From: Tepidisphaeraceae bacterium
GTDB taxonomy: Bacteria > Planctomycetota > Phycisphaerae > Tepidisphaerales > Tepidisphaeraceae
Length of the DNA stretch: 24,000 nucleotides
Assembly (NCBI GenBank): GCA_965260985.1
Contig: CBDHCE010000005.1
Coordinates: 358,306 to 382,305, forward strand
Direction of reading: 5' to 3'
The notes under the pieces were generated by a model, which was given only the letters and a program-made list of their open reading frames with translations, searched no databases and was not told the origin of the DNA. Of this stretch, positions 9,434-17,651 are shown piece by piece (the first letter of the stretch is position 1; each line of letters begins with the position of its first letter). The position numbers and the translations under genes are program-made.

Positions 9434-11731
9434 TTATATTTTCACGTCGTAGCGGTCGAGCATCATCACCTTGTTCCACGCCTTCACGAACGCTCGCACG
9501 AATCGCTCCTGGCCGTCGCTGCCGGCATAAACCTCCGCGATGGAGCGGAGCTGGGTGTTGGAGCCGAAGACGAGGTCCGAGCGCGTCGCCGTGAAGCGTT
9601 CCCGGCCCGTTTCGCGGTCGGCGAGCGTGAAGGTCATGCCGCTCTCGTCGGCCTTCTTCCAGTCGAACTCCATGCTCGTGAGCACGGTGAAGAAATCGTT
9701 GGTCAGCACGCCCACGCGGTCGGTGAAGATGCCGTGGGCGGAGCCGTCGTGGTTGGCGTTCATCGCCCGCAAACCGCCCACCAGCGCCACCCACTCCGGC
9801 GCGGCGAGCGAGAGCAGCTGCGCCTTGTCGAGGAACATCGCCTCCGGCGACACGCCCTGCGAGATGTCCGGGAACCCCTCGTCGCGGTAGTTGCGGAACC
9901 CGTCGGCGACGGGCTTCAGCCAGTTGAACATCTCGACGTCGGTCATCTCCTGCGTCGTGTCGCGGCGGCCGGGCGTGAAGGGCACCTCGGTCGGGACGCC
10001 CGCGTCGGCCGCCGCCTTTTCGAGCGCGGCGCATCCGCCGAGCACGATCAGGTCGGCGAGCGACACCTTCTTCCCGCCCGTCTGCCGGCCGTTGAACTCG
10101 TCCATCGTCTGCCGCAGCGCCGCGACCACCGGCACCGTGCGGCGGTTGACCGCCCAATCCTTCTGCGGGGACAGCGCCAGCCGCCCGCCGTTGGCCCCGC
10201 CGCGCTTGTCGCTGCTGCGGAACGTGACGGCGGCCGAGAAGGCGGCGTAAACCAAATCGGAGGGCGAGATGCCGAGCGCCATAATGGACTGCTTCAGCGC
10301 CGCGACGTCCGCCGCGTCGATCACGTCGTAGTCGGCCAGCGGGATCGGGTCCTGCCACAGCAGATCGCTCTGGTTCCGCTTCTCCGGCCCGAGGTAGCGC
10401 TCGCGCGGCCCCATGTCGCGGTGCGTCAGCTTGTACCACGCCTTGGAAAAAGCCTGCGTGAACGCATCGAAATCGTTCAGGAACTTCTCGCAAACCTTCC
10501 GGTACTCCGGGTCGACCTTGAAGGCGATGTCGGACGTCATCATCATCAGGGCGTTCATCTGGCCGGGGATGTGCGCGTCGGGCGTCTTGGGCGCGTCCGG
10601 GTCGGTCGGCGTCCACTGCAGCGCGCCGGCCGGGCTCTTGACCTGCTTCCACTCGTACTTGAACAGGTTGGTGAGGTAATTGTTGTCCCACTGCGTCGGG
10701 CTGGGCGTCCAACTGCCCTCGATGCCGTTGGTCATCGTGAACTCGGCGTTGCCCGAGCCCTTGGGGTTGTGCCAGCCGAGGCCCATCGCCTCCATCGGCG
10801 CGATCTCCGGCGGCGCGCCGATCTCGGTCGACTTCACCATGCCGTGGCTCTTGCCGAAGGCGTGGCCGCCGGCGATCAGGGCCACGGTTTCCTCGTTGTT
10901 CATCGCCATGCGGGAGAAGGTGACGCGGATGTCGCGCGCCGACCCCATCGGGTCGCCGTTGGCATACGGGCCTTCGGGGTTGACGTAAATCAGCGACTGG
11001 TGCGACGCGGCCAGCGGGTTCTCCAGGTCGTAGTCCGCGTCGCCGTTCTGCCCGCGCCACCGCTCGTCCCGCGTTACCATTTTGTCGAACGACTCGGCGG
11101 TCTTGAGGTCTTTATACACCTCCGGCCCCCAGTAGGTGCTGTCGTCGGCCTCCCACGCATCCCGGCGGCCGCCGGCGAACCCGTAGGTGGGCAGGCCCAT
11201 GATCTCCAGCGCGCAGTTGCCGGTCAGCACCAACAAATCACCCCACGACAGGGCGCTGCCGTACTTCTGCTTGATCGGCCACAGCAGCCGACGCGACTTG
11301 TCGGTGTTGCCGTTGTCCCACCAACTGTTGATGGGGGCGAACCGCTGCAACGCCTCGCCCGCGCCGCCCCGCCCGTCGGCGATGCGGTAGGTGCCGGCGG
11401 AGTGCCAGGCCATGCGGACCATCTGCGGCCCGTAGTTCTTGTAGTCCGACGGCCACCACGACACCGACGTGGTCAGGAAGGATTTGATGTCCTCCTTGAC
11501 CGCAGCGAGGTCGAGGGCGTTGAACGCCGCCGCGTAATCGAAGTCTTCGCCGAGCGGGTTGGCCTGCGGGCCGTCCTGGTGCAGCGACTCCACCTTCAGC
11601 CGCTCGGGGTACCAGTCCGACAGGGCCGGCGGCGTACCCACCGCGCCGCCGATCCGGTCGCCGCCGAAGGGGCACTTGCCCTCCATCTTGAACGAAGTGG
11701 TGTCGGTTTTGTCGTGATCGATCTGGAGCAT
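9434..11731 (-). CDS. katG: Catalase-peroxidase
   Basis: 'GKCPFGG', '[21 protein letters not shown]' and 'NPEGP' are present, and the protein has the two-domain length (765 aa). ATG at 11731 has GGAGGG 8 nt upstream. The ORF-track start at 11824 is probably too early. Confidence 0.95.
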   Translation of the reverse strand: MLQIDHDKTDTTSFKMEGKCPFGGDRIGGAVGTPPALSDWYPERLKVESLHQDGPQANPLGEDFDYAAAFNALDLAAVKEDIKSFLTTSVSWWPSDYKNYGPQMVRMAWHSAGTYRIADGRGGAGEALQRFAPINSWWDNGNTDKSRRLLWPIKQKYGSALSWGDLLVLTGNCALEIMGLPTYGFAGGRRDAWEADDSTYWGPEVYKDLKTAESFDKMVTRDERWRGQNGDADYDLENPLAASHQSLIYVNPEGPYANGDPMGSARDIRVTFSRMAMNNEETVALIAGGHAFGKSHGMVKSTEIGAPPEIAPMEAMGLGWHNPKGSGNAEFTMTNGIEGSWTPSPTQWDNNYLTNLFKYEWKQVKSPAGALQWTPTDPDAPKTPDAHIPGQMNALMMMTSDIAFKVDPEYRKVCEKFLNDFDAFTQAFSKAWYKLTHRDMGPRERYLGPEKRNQSDLLWQDPIPLADYDVIDAADVAALKQSIMALGISPSDLVYAAFSAAVTFRSSDKRGGANGGRLALSPQKDWAVNRRTVPVVAALRQTMDEFNGRQTGGKKVSLADLIVLGGCAALEKAAADAGVPTEVPFTPGRRDTTQEMTDVEMFNWLKPVADGFRNYRDEGFPDISQGVSPEAMFLDKAQLLSLAAPEWVALVGGLRAMNANHDGSAHGIFTDRVGVLTNDFFTVLTSMEFDWKKADESGMTFTLADRETGRERFTATRSDLVFGSNTQLRSIAEVYAGSDGQERFVRAFVKAWNKVMMLDRYDVKI

Positions 11732-11855
11732 GGTGAATTCCCTCCGAGAGGGGGTGGTGAAAGCTTGGTGATATCGTTCCGACTGTCGTACTGCTTTTTC
11801 GCCGCCCGGGTTCTTCGCCTTCACAGCGCGGGGCGGCAGCCGACCGTCTCTTGCT

Positions 11856-12066
11856 TCAAGTTACAGTCGTCGCTTTGGACGCCGGTTTCGAGTCGTCTTC
11901 AACCTCGGCGGGCTTGGTGTGCTGGATCACGGAAGACAACAGGCTGAACGCCACGGCGCTGAGCAGCGTCGCCCACCCCGCCGGCGAGGAAGAACGTGCC
12001 CACCAACTCGGCCCCGGCGGACCGCAAGGCTTGGCTAATGATCGGATTGGCGGGGGCATCTTTCAC
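11856..12066 (-). pseudogene. Small membrane-protein ORF with an apparent frameshift; possibly a MIP-channel remnant
   Basis: Frame B (GTG 12066) reads 'VKDAPANPIISQALRSAGAELVGTFFLAGGVG' with high GC3. GC3 then collapses in frame B. Frame A (the 67-aa ORF ending at 11856) takes over the high GC3 with 'ATLLSAVAFSLLSSVIQHTKPAEVEDD...'. The switch lies near 11975-11985. Confidence 0.3.
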
Positions 12067-12202
12067 GAGAGGGGGAGGAAGACAAAAAGCTGTAACCCTG
12101 CGTGCATGGGATATTAGGCGGCCGCCGCACGGCGCGAAAAATGAACGGGCTGCGACCGGGTGTCGCGGGGAAACGGTGCCGGCCGCGTCGCCGGGAGACG
12201 CG

Positions 12203-13192
12203 CTACACCACCGCCCCGCCGCAGCTGCTGCCGCTGCCGGCGGTGCAGGCGAAGCAGTGGACGCCGGTGGCGATGCGCCGCTGCACGAACCGCACCGGGT
12301 CGAAGTCCGCGACGTGGCCGCAGGTCTGCTTGCTCACGGGCATTCCGAGGGCGTAATTGAAATCGCAGTCGTACAGCCGCCCGTCGTAGGCGACGTGCAG
12401 GTGGTGGCGGCACATCAGGCCCTCCACCGTCGCGGGGTTGTAGGCGTTCTTCAGGACGTCCATGTATTGCTCATCCCGCCCCTGCCTCGCCAGATCGTGC
12501 AGGAATCGGCCGATGGGGACGTTGGTGATGGTGATGAGGTTCGTGAAGCGGATTCCGTACTTCTCGCCGAGCTCGCGCTTGTAATCGCCCTCCAATTCCG
12601 ACTGCTTGGGCGGCAGGCTCGGGCCGCCGGGATTGAAGACCAAGCTCAGCGGCAGGTGTTTCTCTATGCCGTAGCCGACGCTGTTCAAGGTTCGGACGAC
12701 CTCGATGCTGTCGTGGTAGACGCCCCGGCCGCGCTGCTTGTCGACATTATTTTCGAGGTAGCACGGCAGCGAGGCGACCAATTTCACGCCCTGATCGGCG
12801 TACCACTGCGGCAAATCGGTGTAGCCGTCCTTCAACAGAATCGTGAGGTTCGTGCGGACGATGACCTGATGACCCTGCCGTCGGGCGGCGGCGACGAAGC
12901 GGCGGAAGTGGGGGTTCATCTCCGGCGCCCCGCCGGTGATGTCGACTGTCTCGGCCCCCGCCGCCTTGGCCGCGGCCAGCACCTGGCGCATCGTCTCCCA
13001 CGACATCTCCTCGGTCCGCTTCGGGCCGGATTCGACGTGGCAGTGGTGGCAGGCGAGGTTGCACCGCAACCCGATGTTCACCTGCACCGTCCGCACCGAC
13101 TCGGCGGTGAGGAAGGTGCCGGTCGAGTCTTTGACGGCCTTGTTGAAGCCGTTGCCCTCGCGGACGCGCAGGGGGGTGAGGGTGGGGGTCAT
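12203..13192 (-). CDS. arsS: Radical SAM / Cys-rich C-terminal protein, ArsS-type (arsenosugar biosynthesis)
   Basis: The CxxxCxxC motif is in 'GLRCNLACHHCHVESGP'. 'DITGGAPEMNP', 'ASLPCYLENNVDKQRGRGVY', 'MCRHHLHVAYDGRLYDCDFN' and the C-terminal 'HCFACTAGSGSSCGGAVV' are all present. ATG at 13192 has AGGAG 5 nt upstream. Confidence 0.85.
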   Translation of the reverse strand: MTPTLTPLRVREGNGFNKAVKDSTGTFLTAESVRTVQVNIGLRCNLACHHCHVESGPKRTEEMSWETMRQVLAAAKAAGAETVDITGGAPEMNPHFRRFVAAARRQGHQVIVRTNLTILLKDGYTDLPQWYADQGVKLVASLPCYLENNVDKQRGRGVYHDSIEVVRTLNSVGYGIEKHLPLSLVFNPGGPSLPPKQSELEGDYKRELGEKYGIRFTNLITITNVPIGRFLHDLARQGRDEQYMDVLKNAYNPATVEGLMCRHHLHVAYDGRLYDCDFNYALGMPVSKQTCGHVADFDPVRFVQRRIATGVHCFACTAGSGSSCGGAVV

Positions 13193-13230
13193 GATATCTC
13201 CTACTGCAAACGCTGCCGCGCTGTTCTTCT

Positions 13231-13302
13231 GTGGCACGGGCGTCCCGCCCGGATTCTCCGCAGTCGCAAGCGCAGAAAATCCGGGCGGGACGCCCGTGCC
13301 AC
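13231..13302. repeat. Palindromic element A2
   Basis: 'gtggcacgggcgtcccgcccggatt' (13231-13255) pairs perfectly with 'aatccgggcgggacgcccgtgccac' (13278-13302). It lies in the MIP-arsS spacer. Confidence 0.95.
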
Positions 13303-13314
13303 TTGAAGCGGTCG

Positions 13315-14142
13315 CTACACCGCCACCTCCTGCTCGACCTCGCGGTGGACGACCTCCCGCGCGACGTGCGGGTGCAGATCGGCCTCGGCGGGGAGTTCGT
13401 CGCGGTGGTCGCCCGGCACGTCGGCGGCGCCGGCGTTGGTGAGTTGCGACGCGCGCTTTGGGAACGCCGCCGGCGCAATGACCCGGTAGGCGACCACGGC
13501 TAACTGTGCCCCGGCGATCGGCGCGACCCAATAGAGCCACTGCGACGTCCAGACGCCGCTGAAGACCGCCGGGCTGAACGAGCGGGCGGGGTTCATGCTC
13601 GCGCCGGTGATGGGGCCCATGCACATCGCCTCCAGCGCGACGGTCAAGCCGATGGCGACGCCGGCGAACCCCGCCGGCGACCGGCGGTCGAGGCCGCTGC
13701 CGAGGATCACGATCATCAGGAAGAACGTCAGCACGGTTTCGAGCACGAGGGATTGCATCCACAGCCCGCCGCGCGGGACGGTGCCGCCCATGTCGCTGAC
13801 GTTGCCGAAGGCGAGGTAGAGGGTGAGGGAGGCGAGGACCGCACCGGCGAGTTGCGCCGCGAGGTAGGCGGGCACCTTGCGGCCGGGGGTCGCGCCGCTG
13901 CTCCAGAAGGCGAGGGTGACGGCGGGGTTGAGCTGCGAGCCGCTGATGTGGCCGAAGGCGTAGATCATCGCCGCCACGACCGCGCCGAAGGTCAGCGAGA
14001 CGCCGACGTGGGTGATCGCCCCGCCGCTGACCGTGTTCGCCATCACCGCGCCGGTGCCGGCGAAGATCAGGCCGTAGGTGCCGAGGATTTCGGCGACCAC
14101 TTGCTGCGTGAGGGTCGGTTCGCCGATGGGTTCGTCTTGCAT
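13315..14142 (-). CDS. MIP-family channel (aquaporin/aquaglyceroporin-like)
   Basis: Two NPA boxes are present ('SQLNPAVTL', 'ASMNPARSF'), along with the N-terminal 'AEILGTYGLIFAGTG'. ATG at 14142 has AGGAGA 6 nt upstream. Confidence 0.9.
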   Translation of the reverse strand: MQDEPIGEPTLTQQVVAEILGTYGLIFAGTGAVMANTVSGGAITHVGVSLTFGAVVAAMIYAFGHISGSQLNPAVTLAFWSSGATPGRKVPAYLAAQLAGAVLASLTLYLAFGNVSDMGGTVPRGGLWMQSLVLETVLTFFLMIVILGSGLDRRSPAGFAGVAIGLTVALEAMCMGPITGASMNPARSFSPAVFSGVWTSQWLYWVAPIAGAQLAVVAYRVIAPAAFPKRASQLTNAGAADVPGDHRDELPAEADLHPHVAREVVHREVEQEVAV

Positions 14143-14155
14143 ATTGGTCTCCTTT

Positions 14156-14240
14156 CGTGGCACGGGCGTCCCGCCCGCGTCCGCGCTTTCGTTTTTCCGT
14201 CAACAGAAAGCGCAGACGCGGGCGGGACGCCCGTGCCACG
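14156..14240. repeat. Palindromic element A3
   Basis: 'cgtggcacgggcgtcccgcccgcgtccgcgctttc' pairs with 'gaaagcgcagacgcgggcgggacgcccgtgccacg' in a stem of about 35 bp with 1 mismatch. It lies in the arsM-MIP spacer, 5 nt after the arsM stop and abutting the MIP RBS. Confidence 0.95.
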
Positions 14241-14245
14241 GGGGG

Positions 14246-15436
14246 TTAGCAGCACCCGTCCGGGCCGCAGCAGTCGGCGGCGGCGTCGGTGGTGGCGCGG
14301 TACTCCAAGCCTTTCGTCTCGCGCGGGTGGCGGATGCTGGTGCGGGCGCAATCGAACGCCTTGGACGCCTCCAGCGGGATATCCGCCAGCGGCTCGACCG
14401 GCAGCATTTGGCCGGCGTAGGGGCCGTTGGGGTCGGTCATCAGCTTGAAGGTTTTGTCGCACACCGCCATCCGCTGGCCGCGGAAGAAGGTGTGATTATC
14501 ATCATCCTTCACCTGCTTCCACGGCCCGGCGTAGACCACCGCCTGGTTCCGCTCCATGCACGGCCCCTGCTTGCCCTTGTACGCCCGCACCGTGAGCGAG
14601 CGAAACTCGATGCCGTCGACCGTCCGCCACGGCGTCTCCTGCCGCTCGAGCACCTCGACGCCGTAGAAGCCGGCCTCCTCGAACATCCGCAAAAACTCCA
14701 GTTCCTGGAACGCGCCGCTGATGCAGCCGCTCCACAGCGACGGGTCGTTCATGATTTTGTCCGTCGGCGGCTCGTCGCAGACGATGTCGCTGATGACCGC
14801 CCGGCCGCCGCGCTTGAGGACGCGGAAAATCTCGCCGAACAGCTTGGCCTTCTCCTGCGACTTCACGAGGTTCAGTACGCAGTTGGAGACCACCACGTCG
14901 ACGCTGCCGTCGGCCACGAGGGGCTTGGTGTGGCGGAGCTTGTCCGTCGCGGCCTCGAACTCCGCCGCGTCTTCGATCGAGGTGATGGGCTTGGCGTCGA
15001 GCAGCGACTGGGCGGCGGCGAGGTCGAGCCGCAAGTCCTGAATCCGGCCCTTGCGGAAGCTCACGTTGTCGTAGCCCAACTTCTCCGCCATCTCCGGCTG
15101 GTACTGCCGGGCGAGGCCGAGCATGGCATCGTTGAAATCGACGCCGATGACGCTGCCGGCGGGGCCGACCTTTTGGGCGAGGATGTAGCAGATTTTCCCG
15201 CCGCCGCTGCCGAGGTCGAGGGCGGTTTCGCCGACGCCGACGTGCTTGGAGGGGTCGCCGCAGCCGTAGTCGCGGTCGATGATCTCCTGCGGCAGCAGTT
15301 TCAGGTACTGCGGGTCGTAATCGACCGGGCAGCAGAGCTCCGCCTCGGCCGCCTCGGCGCCGGCGGCGTAGCGGGTATTCACCTCGGCCTCGACGTTGTA
15401 GGGGGCAAAGTCGGTGGTCGTGTCAGTCTCGAACAT
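14246..15436 (-). CDS. arsM: Arsenite S-adenosylmethionine methyltransferase
   Basis: The SAM motif is 'ALDLGSGGGKICY'. Conserved Cys positions occur in 'ELCCPVDYD', 'DYGCGDP', 'SNCVLNL' and 'SGCISGA', and the tail 'DCCGPDGCC' is Cys-rich. ATG is at 15436. The ORF-track start at 15742 runs through repeats. Confidence 0.9.
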   Translation of the reverse strand: MFETDTTTDFAPYNVEAEVNTRYAAGAEAAEAELCCPVDYDPQYLKLLPQEIIDRDYGCGDPSKHVGVGETALDLGSGGGKICYILAQKVGPAGSVIGVDFNDAMLGLARQYQPEMAEKLGYDNVSFRKGRIQDLRLDLAAAQSLLDAKPITSIEDAAEFEAATDKLRHTKPLVADGSVDVVVSNCVLNLVKSQEKAKLFGEIFRVLKRGGRAVISDIVCDEPPTDKIMNDPSLWSGCISGAFQELEFLRMFEEAGFYGVEVLERQETPWRTVDGIEFRSLTVRAYKGKQGPCMERNQAVVYAGPWKQVKDDDNHTFFRGQRMAVCDKTFKLMTDPNGPYAGQMLPVEPLADIPLEASKAFDCARTSIRHPRETKGLEYRATTDAAADCCGPDGCC

Positions 15437-15463
15437 GTCAAGTCCTTCTTCAGAGAGGAGCGG

Positions 15464-15505
15464 GTGCGTGATGCGTGATGCGTGGTGCGTGGTGCGTGGT
15501 GCGTG
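15464..15505. repeat. Tandem heptamer array (RTGCGTG) x6
   Basis: The units read gtgcgtg, atgcgtg, atgcgtg, gtgcgtg, gtgcgtg, gtgcgtg. The array lies 27 nt upstream of the arsM start codon on the minus strand. Confidence 0.95.
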
Positions 15506-15533
15506 AGGATTCGAGGAGTGTTGTTGGGCCGGA

Positions 15534-15643
15534 ACAAGCCGGTGTCTGAGCCGAAGGCGAAGACCCGGGTTCTTTCGGAATTCAAGAGCTGTCCGAAGCC
15601 GAACGAATCCGGGTCTTCGCCTTTGGCTCAGACGCCGGCTTGT
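15534..15643. repeat. Palindromic element C1: 35-nt arms and a 40-nt structured loop
   Basis: 'acaagccggtgtctgagccgaaggcgaagacccgg' (15534-15568) pairs with 'ccgggtcttcgcctttggctcagacgccggcttgt' (15609-15643) with 2 mismatches. The loop holds a ttcgga/tccgaa sub-hairpin. Confidence 0.9.
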
Positions 15644-15678
15644 GTAAAGCTCGGTATGGCGTGGCGTGACGCACGACC

Positions 15679-15751
15679 GCCCGCCGCTTGCGGCTTCGCA
15701 AAGAAAGGGAGTTTCAACCCGCGTTTCTTTGCGAAGCCGCAAGCGGCGGGC
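15679..15751. repeat. Palindromic element B2: perfect 28-nt arms
   Basis: 'gcccgccgcttgcggcttcgcaaagaaa' (15679-15706) pairs with 'tttctttgcgaagccgcaagcggcgggc' (15724-15751). It ends 2 nt from the stop of the DUF2064-like gene. Confidence 0.95.
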
Positions 15752-15753
15752 CG

Positions 15754-16398
15754 TCAGGCGGCACGGCGGGCGGGGGGCGGGAGTTGCCAGCGGTGCCGGT
15801 CGAAACCGGCGCGGGCGTCGGCGGCGTGGTGGATCGGGCGGCGCGGCGGCGCGAAGCCGAGGAGCGCCATTGCTCGGACGACTTCAAGCGTTCGACGGAC
15901 GACCCGCAGGTCGGCGGTGCCGTCGAGGTCGATTTTCTCGTCGAGCAGCGCCACGGCCGACTCGCCGGCGCGGCGGGTCAACTCGGCGCGATCCGTACCG
16001 CGCCGCCACTTCACGCCGTCGAGCAGGTGGAGATCGGCGGCGCGCAGGCCGATCAGCCAGCAGCCGCCGGCGTGGTCGGGGCCGAGGGCGAGGCGGGTCT
16101 CCCCGGTTTCGAGCGCCGCCAGCGCCGCCTTCACATCGGTGGCATTCACGTCGGGGCAGTCGCGGCCGACGATCACGATCCGCTCGTAGCCGGCGGCGGC
16201 GAGGTCTGCGACGGCGTTGCTCAGCCGCCGGCCGAAGGTGCGGCCGCGCTGGCGGTCGGGCGTGAACACGTGAACGTCCGCCCCCGCCCCGCCCACGTCC
16301 GGCAGCGCCAGCAGCGGCGCGAGTTGCGACGGCCACCGCCGGCGCGACAAGTCGCGCTCTACCGCGTCGGCGAAGATGAGGACGGCGGCCTTGCCCAT
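15754..16398 (-). CDS. DUF2064-like transferase (family NCBI annotates as arsenosugar-biosynthesis glycosyltransferase; N-terminal motif degenerate)
   Basis: 'YERIVIVGRDCPDVNATDVKAALAAL', 'LGPDHAGGCWLIGL' and 'VKWRRGTD' match the DUF2064 pattern ('IGsDcP.l', 'lGPa.DGGyyLIGl', 'i.WsT') as I recall it. The N-terminal K.P..G.vKTRL motif is not evident. Confidence 0.65.
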   Translation of the reverse strand: MGKAAVLIFADAVERDLSRRRWPSQLAPLLALPDVGGAGADVHVFTPDRQRGRTFGRRLSNAVADLAAAGYERIVIVGRDCPDVNATDVKAALAALETGETRLALGPDHAGGCWLIGLRAADLHLLDGVKWRRGTDRAELTRRAGESAVALLDEKIDLDGTADLRVVRRTLEVVRAMALLGFAPPRRPIHHAADARAGFDRHRWQLPPPARRAA

Positions 16399-16453
16399 GC
16401 GTTGACAGTATAACCTATTGCCGCCGCCGGATATTTCAACCGAAAATCCTTCT

Positions 16454-16535
16454 TTAATAGCCGGAGGCGGAAGCCCCGGTTCTTCTCGTGGGGCTTCCCC
16501 GATGAAGAACCGGGGCTTCCGCCTCCGGCTATTAA
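16454..16535. repeat. Palindromic element D: perfect 32-nt arms
   Basis: 'ttaatagccggaggcggaagccccggttcttc' (16454-16485) pairs with its exact reverse complement (16504-16535). The loop contains a ggggcttcccc mini-hairpin. The element starts 4 nt after the stop at 16540. Confidence 0.95.
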
Positions 16536-16539
16536 GGAC

Positions 16540-17643
16540 TCACTCCCCCGTCGCTTCCTTCCACGCCTGGCGCCAGAGTTTCTCGATGCGGATCACGGCG
16601 AGCGCCGTCTGCCGGGCCTTCATCTGCATCACGGTCATCTTCTGTCCGTCGACCTCGCCGGCGTGGCGGAAGAAGACGCGGGTGTCGAAGTCGGAGGCGG
16701 CCCCCTCGGGCTTGGCCGGCGTGCCCCCCTGCTTCGCCGCGTCCATCGCCGCCCGGCCGATCAGCGGCAGGCAGTCGTAACTGTACAGCGAGACCTCCGC
16801 CGTCGACTTCCACGGATCGGTCGTGTCCGACGGATCCTTTACGGTCTCCAGCGCCTTGGCGAACAGCGGCCAGAACGCCTCCCGCAGGTCCATGAACGGC
16901 TCGTCCTTGTCGTCGATCATCCGGTACTCCACCTCGCCGTGGACGTTGGGGGCCTTGCGCTTGTTGGCGAAGTAGGTGGCGCTCTTGTAATCAATGGTCG
17001 CGTGCTGCGGCTGGGTGTTGTCCGCCGCGTAGTGGGCCAGGTAGCCGGCCCACCGCACGGCGTGGTCCTCGTCCTGCATTTTGGCCGGGTCGGGGGCCAT
17101 GCGCTTGTCCTTGATCGCCTTCACGAAGTTGCCGTAAACCTGCTCGACGCGGAACGGCAGCATCCCGGCCTGCAGGTAGCGCGGGTCGTGCCAGTCGCGG
17201 GGAATGTCGGCCAGTTTCGGCTTGCCCGAGAGGTCGTCGCGGAACTGGTTCTCCTCCCCCTTGGGCAGCAGCACTTCGAGGTCGATGAAGTGCATCATCC
17301 GCTCGTGGTCGGGGAAGGGGGCGACGGTCGAGTCCCGCGGCAGCCCCTGCGCGTCCACGTCCGGGCGGTAGGCGTAGTAGCAGATGCCGGTGAAGCCCTT
17401 GGGCACGATGCCGATGTTCGTGTGCAGGAAATACTCCTTCTCCTGCGCCATCGTGCCCAGGCCCGGCGTGTTGGCGGTGAGCCACGCCTTCATGTCCGCC
17501 GGCGTCGACGGGTCGGCCACCAGCCGCTCGGCGGCGATGCGGGCGAACTGGATGTGCTCCTTGAAACTCCACCCCCACGACGGGGCGGCGGCAAGAATTA
17601 GCACGAGCAGGAACGGGAGGTCGAGTCGGGGGAATCGGTGCAT
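16540..17643 (-). CDS. Secreted zinc-dependent phospholipase C / S1-P1 nuclease-superfamily-like protein
   Basis: A signal-like N-terminus is followed by 'WGWSFKEHIQFARIAA'; an N-terminal Trp/His is a zinc ligand in this fold. 'HYAADNTQPQHAT' resembles 'H..GD.HQPLH'. The functional call is tentative. Confidence 0.6.
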   Translation of the reverse strand: MHRFPRLDLPFLLVLILAAAPSWGWSFKEHIQFARIAAERLVADPSTPADMKAWLTANTPGLGTMAQEKEYFLHTNIGIVPKGFTGICYYAYRPDVDAQGLPRDSTVAPFPDHERMMHFIDLEVLLPKGEENQFRDDLSGKPKLADIPRDWHDPRYLQAGMLPFRVEQVYGNFVKAIKDKRMAPDPAKMQDEDHAVRWAGYLAHYAADNTQPQHATIDYKSATYFANKRKAPNVHGEVEYRMIDDKDEPFMDLREAFWPLFAKALETVKDPSDTTDPWKSTAEVSLYSYDCLPLIGRAAMDAAKQGGTPAKPEGAASDFDTRVFFRHAGEVDGQKMTVMQMKARQTALAVIRIEKLWRQAWKEATGE

Positions 17644-17651
17644 TCGGGCAT

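Noticed and set aside
12203-12260. Possible selenocysteine (in-frame TGA) in the ArsS C-terminal Cys-rich motif
   Set aside because: The codon in '...GSSCGG' is TGC. There is no in-frame TGA and no SECIS-like need, so this is the Cys form of the protein.
12203-14239. Single 678-aa minus-strand ORF
   Set aside because: Only the C-terminal 329 aa (from ATG 13192, with an AGGAG RBS) is ArsS. The upstream part reads through repeat A2 and through the MIP gene in the wrong frame.
15464-15505. Tandem repeats considered as a CRISPR array (also 20066-20100)
   Set aside because: The units are 7 nt and contiguous, with no spacers and no cas genes. These are simple tandem heptamers.
14246-15742. Long form of arsM (498 aa), and similarly the long form of atpG (20107-21372, 421 aa)
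   Set aside because: The extensions run through heptamer and palindromic repeats (arsM) or give Ser/Arg/Pro-rich sequence unlike the gamma subunit (atpG). The conserved N-termini begin at 15436 and 21084.
16399-16412. TATACT box 8 nt upstream of the DUF2064-like ATG, considered as a leaderless-mRNA promoter
   Set aside because: There is no acceptable -35 element at 16-19 nt spacing. A single hexamer is too weak to report as a feature.
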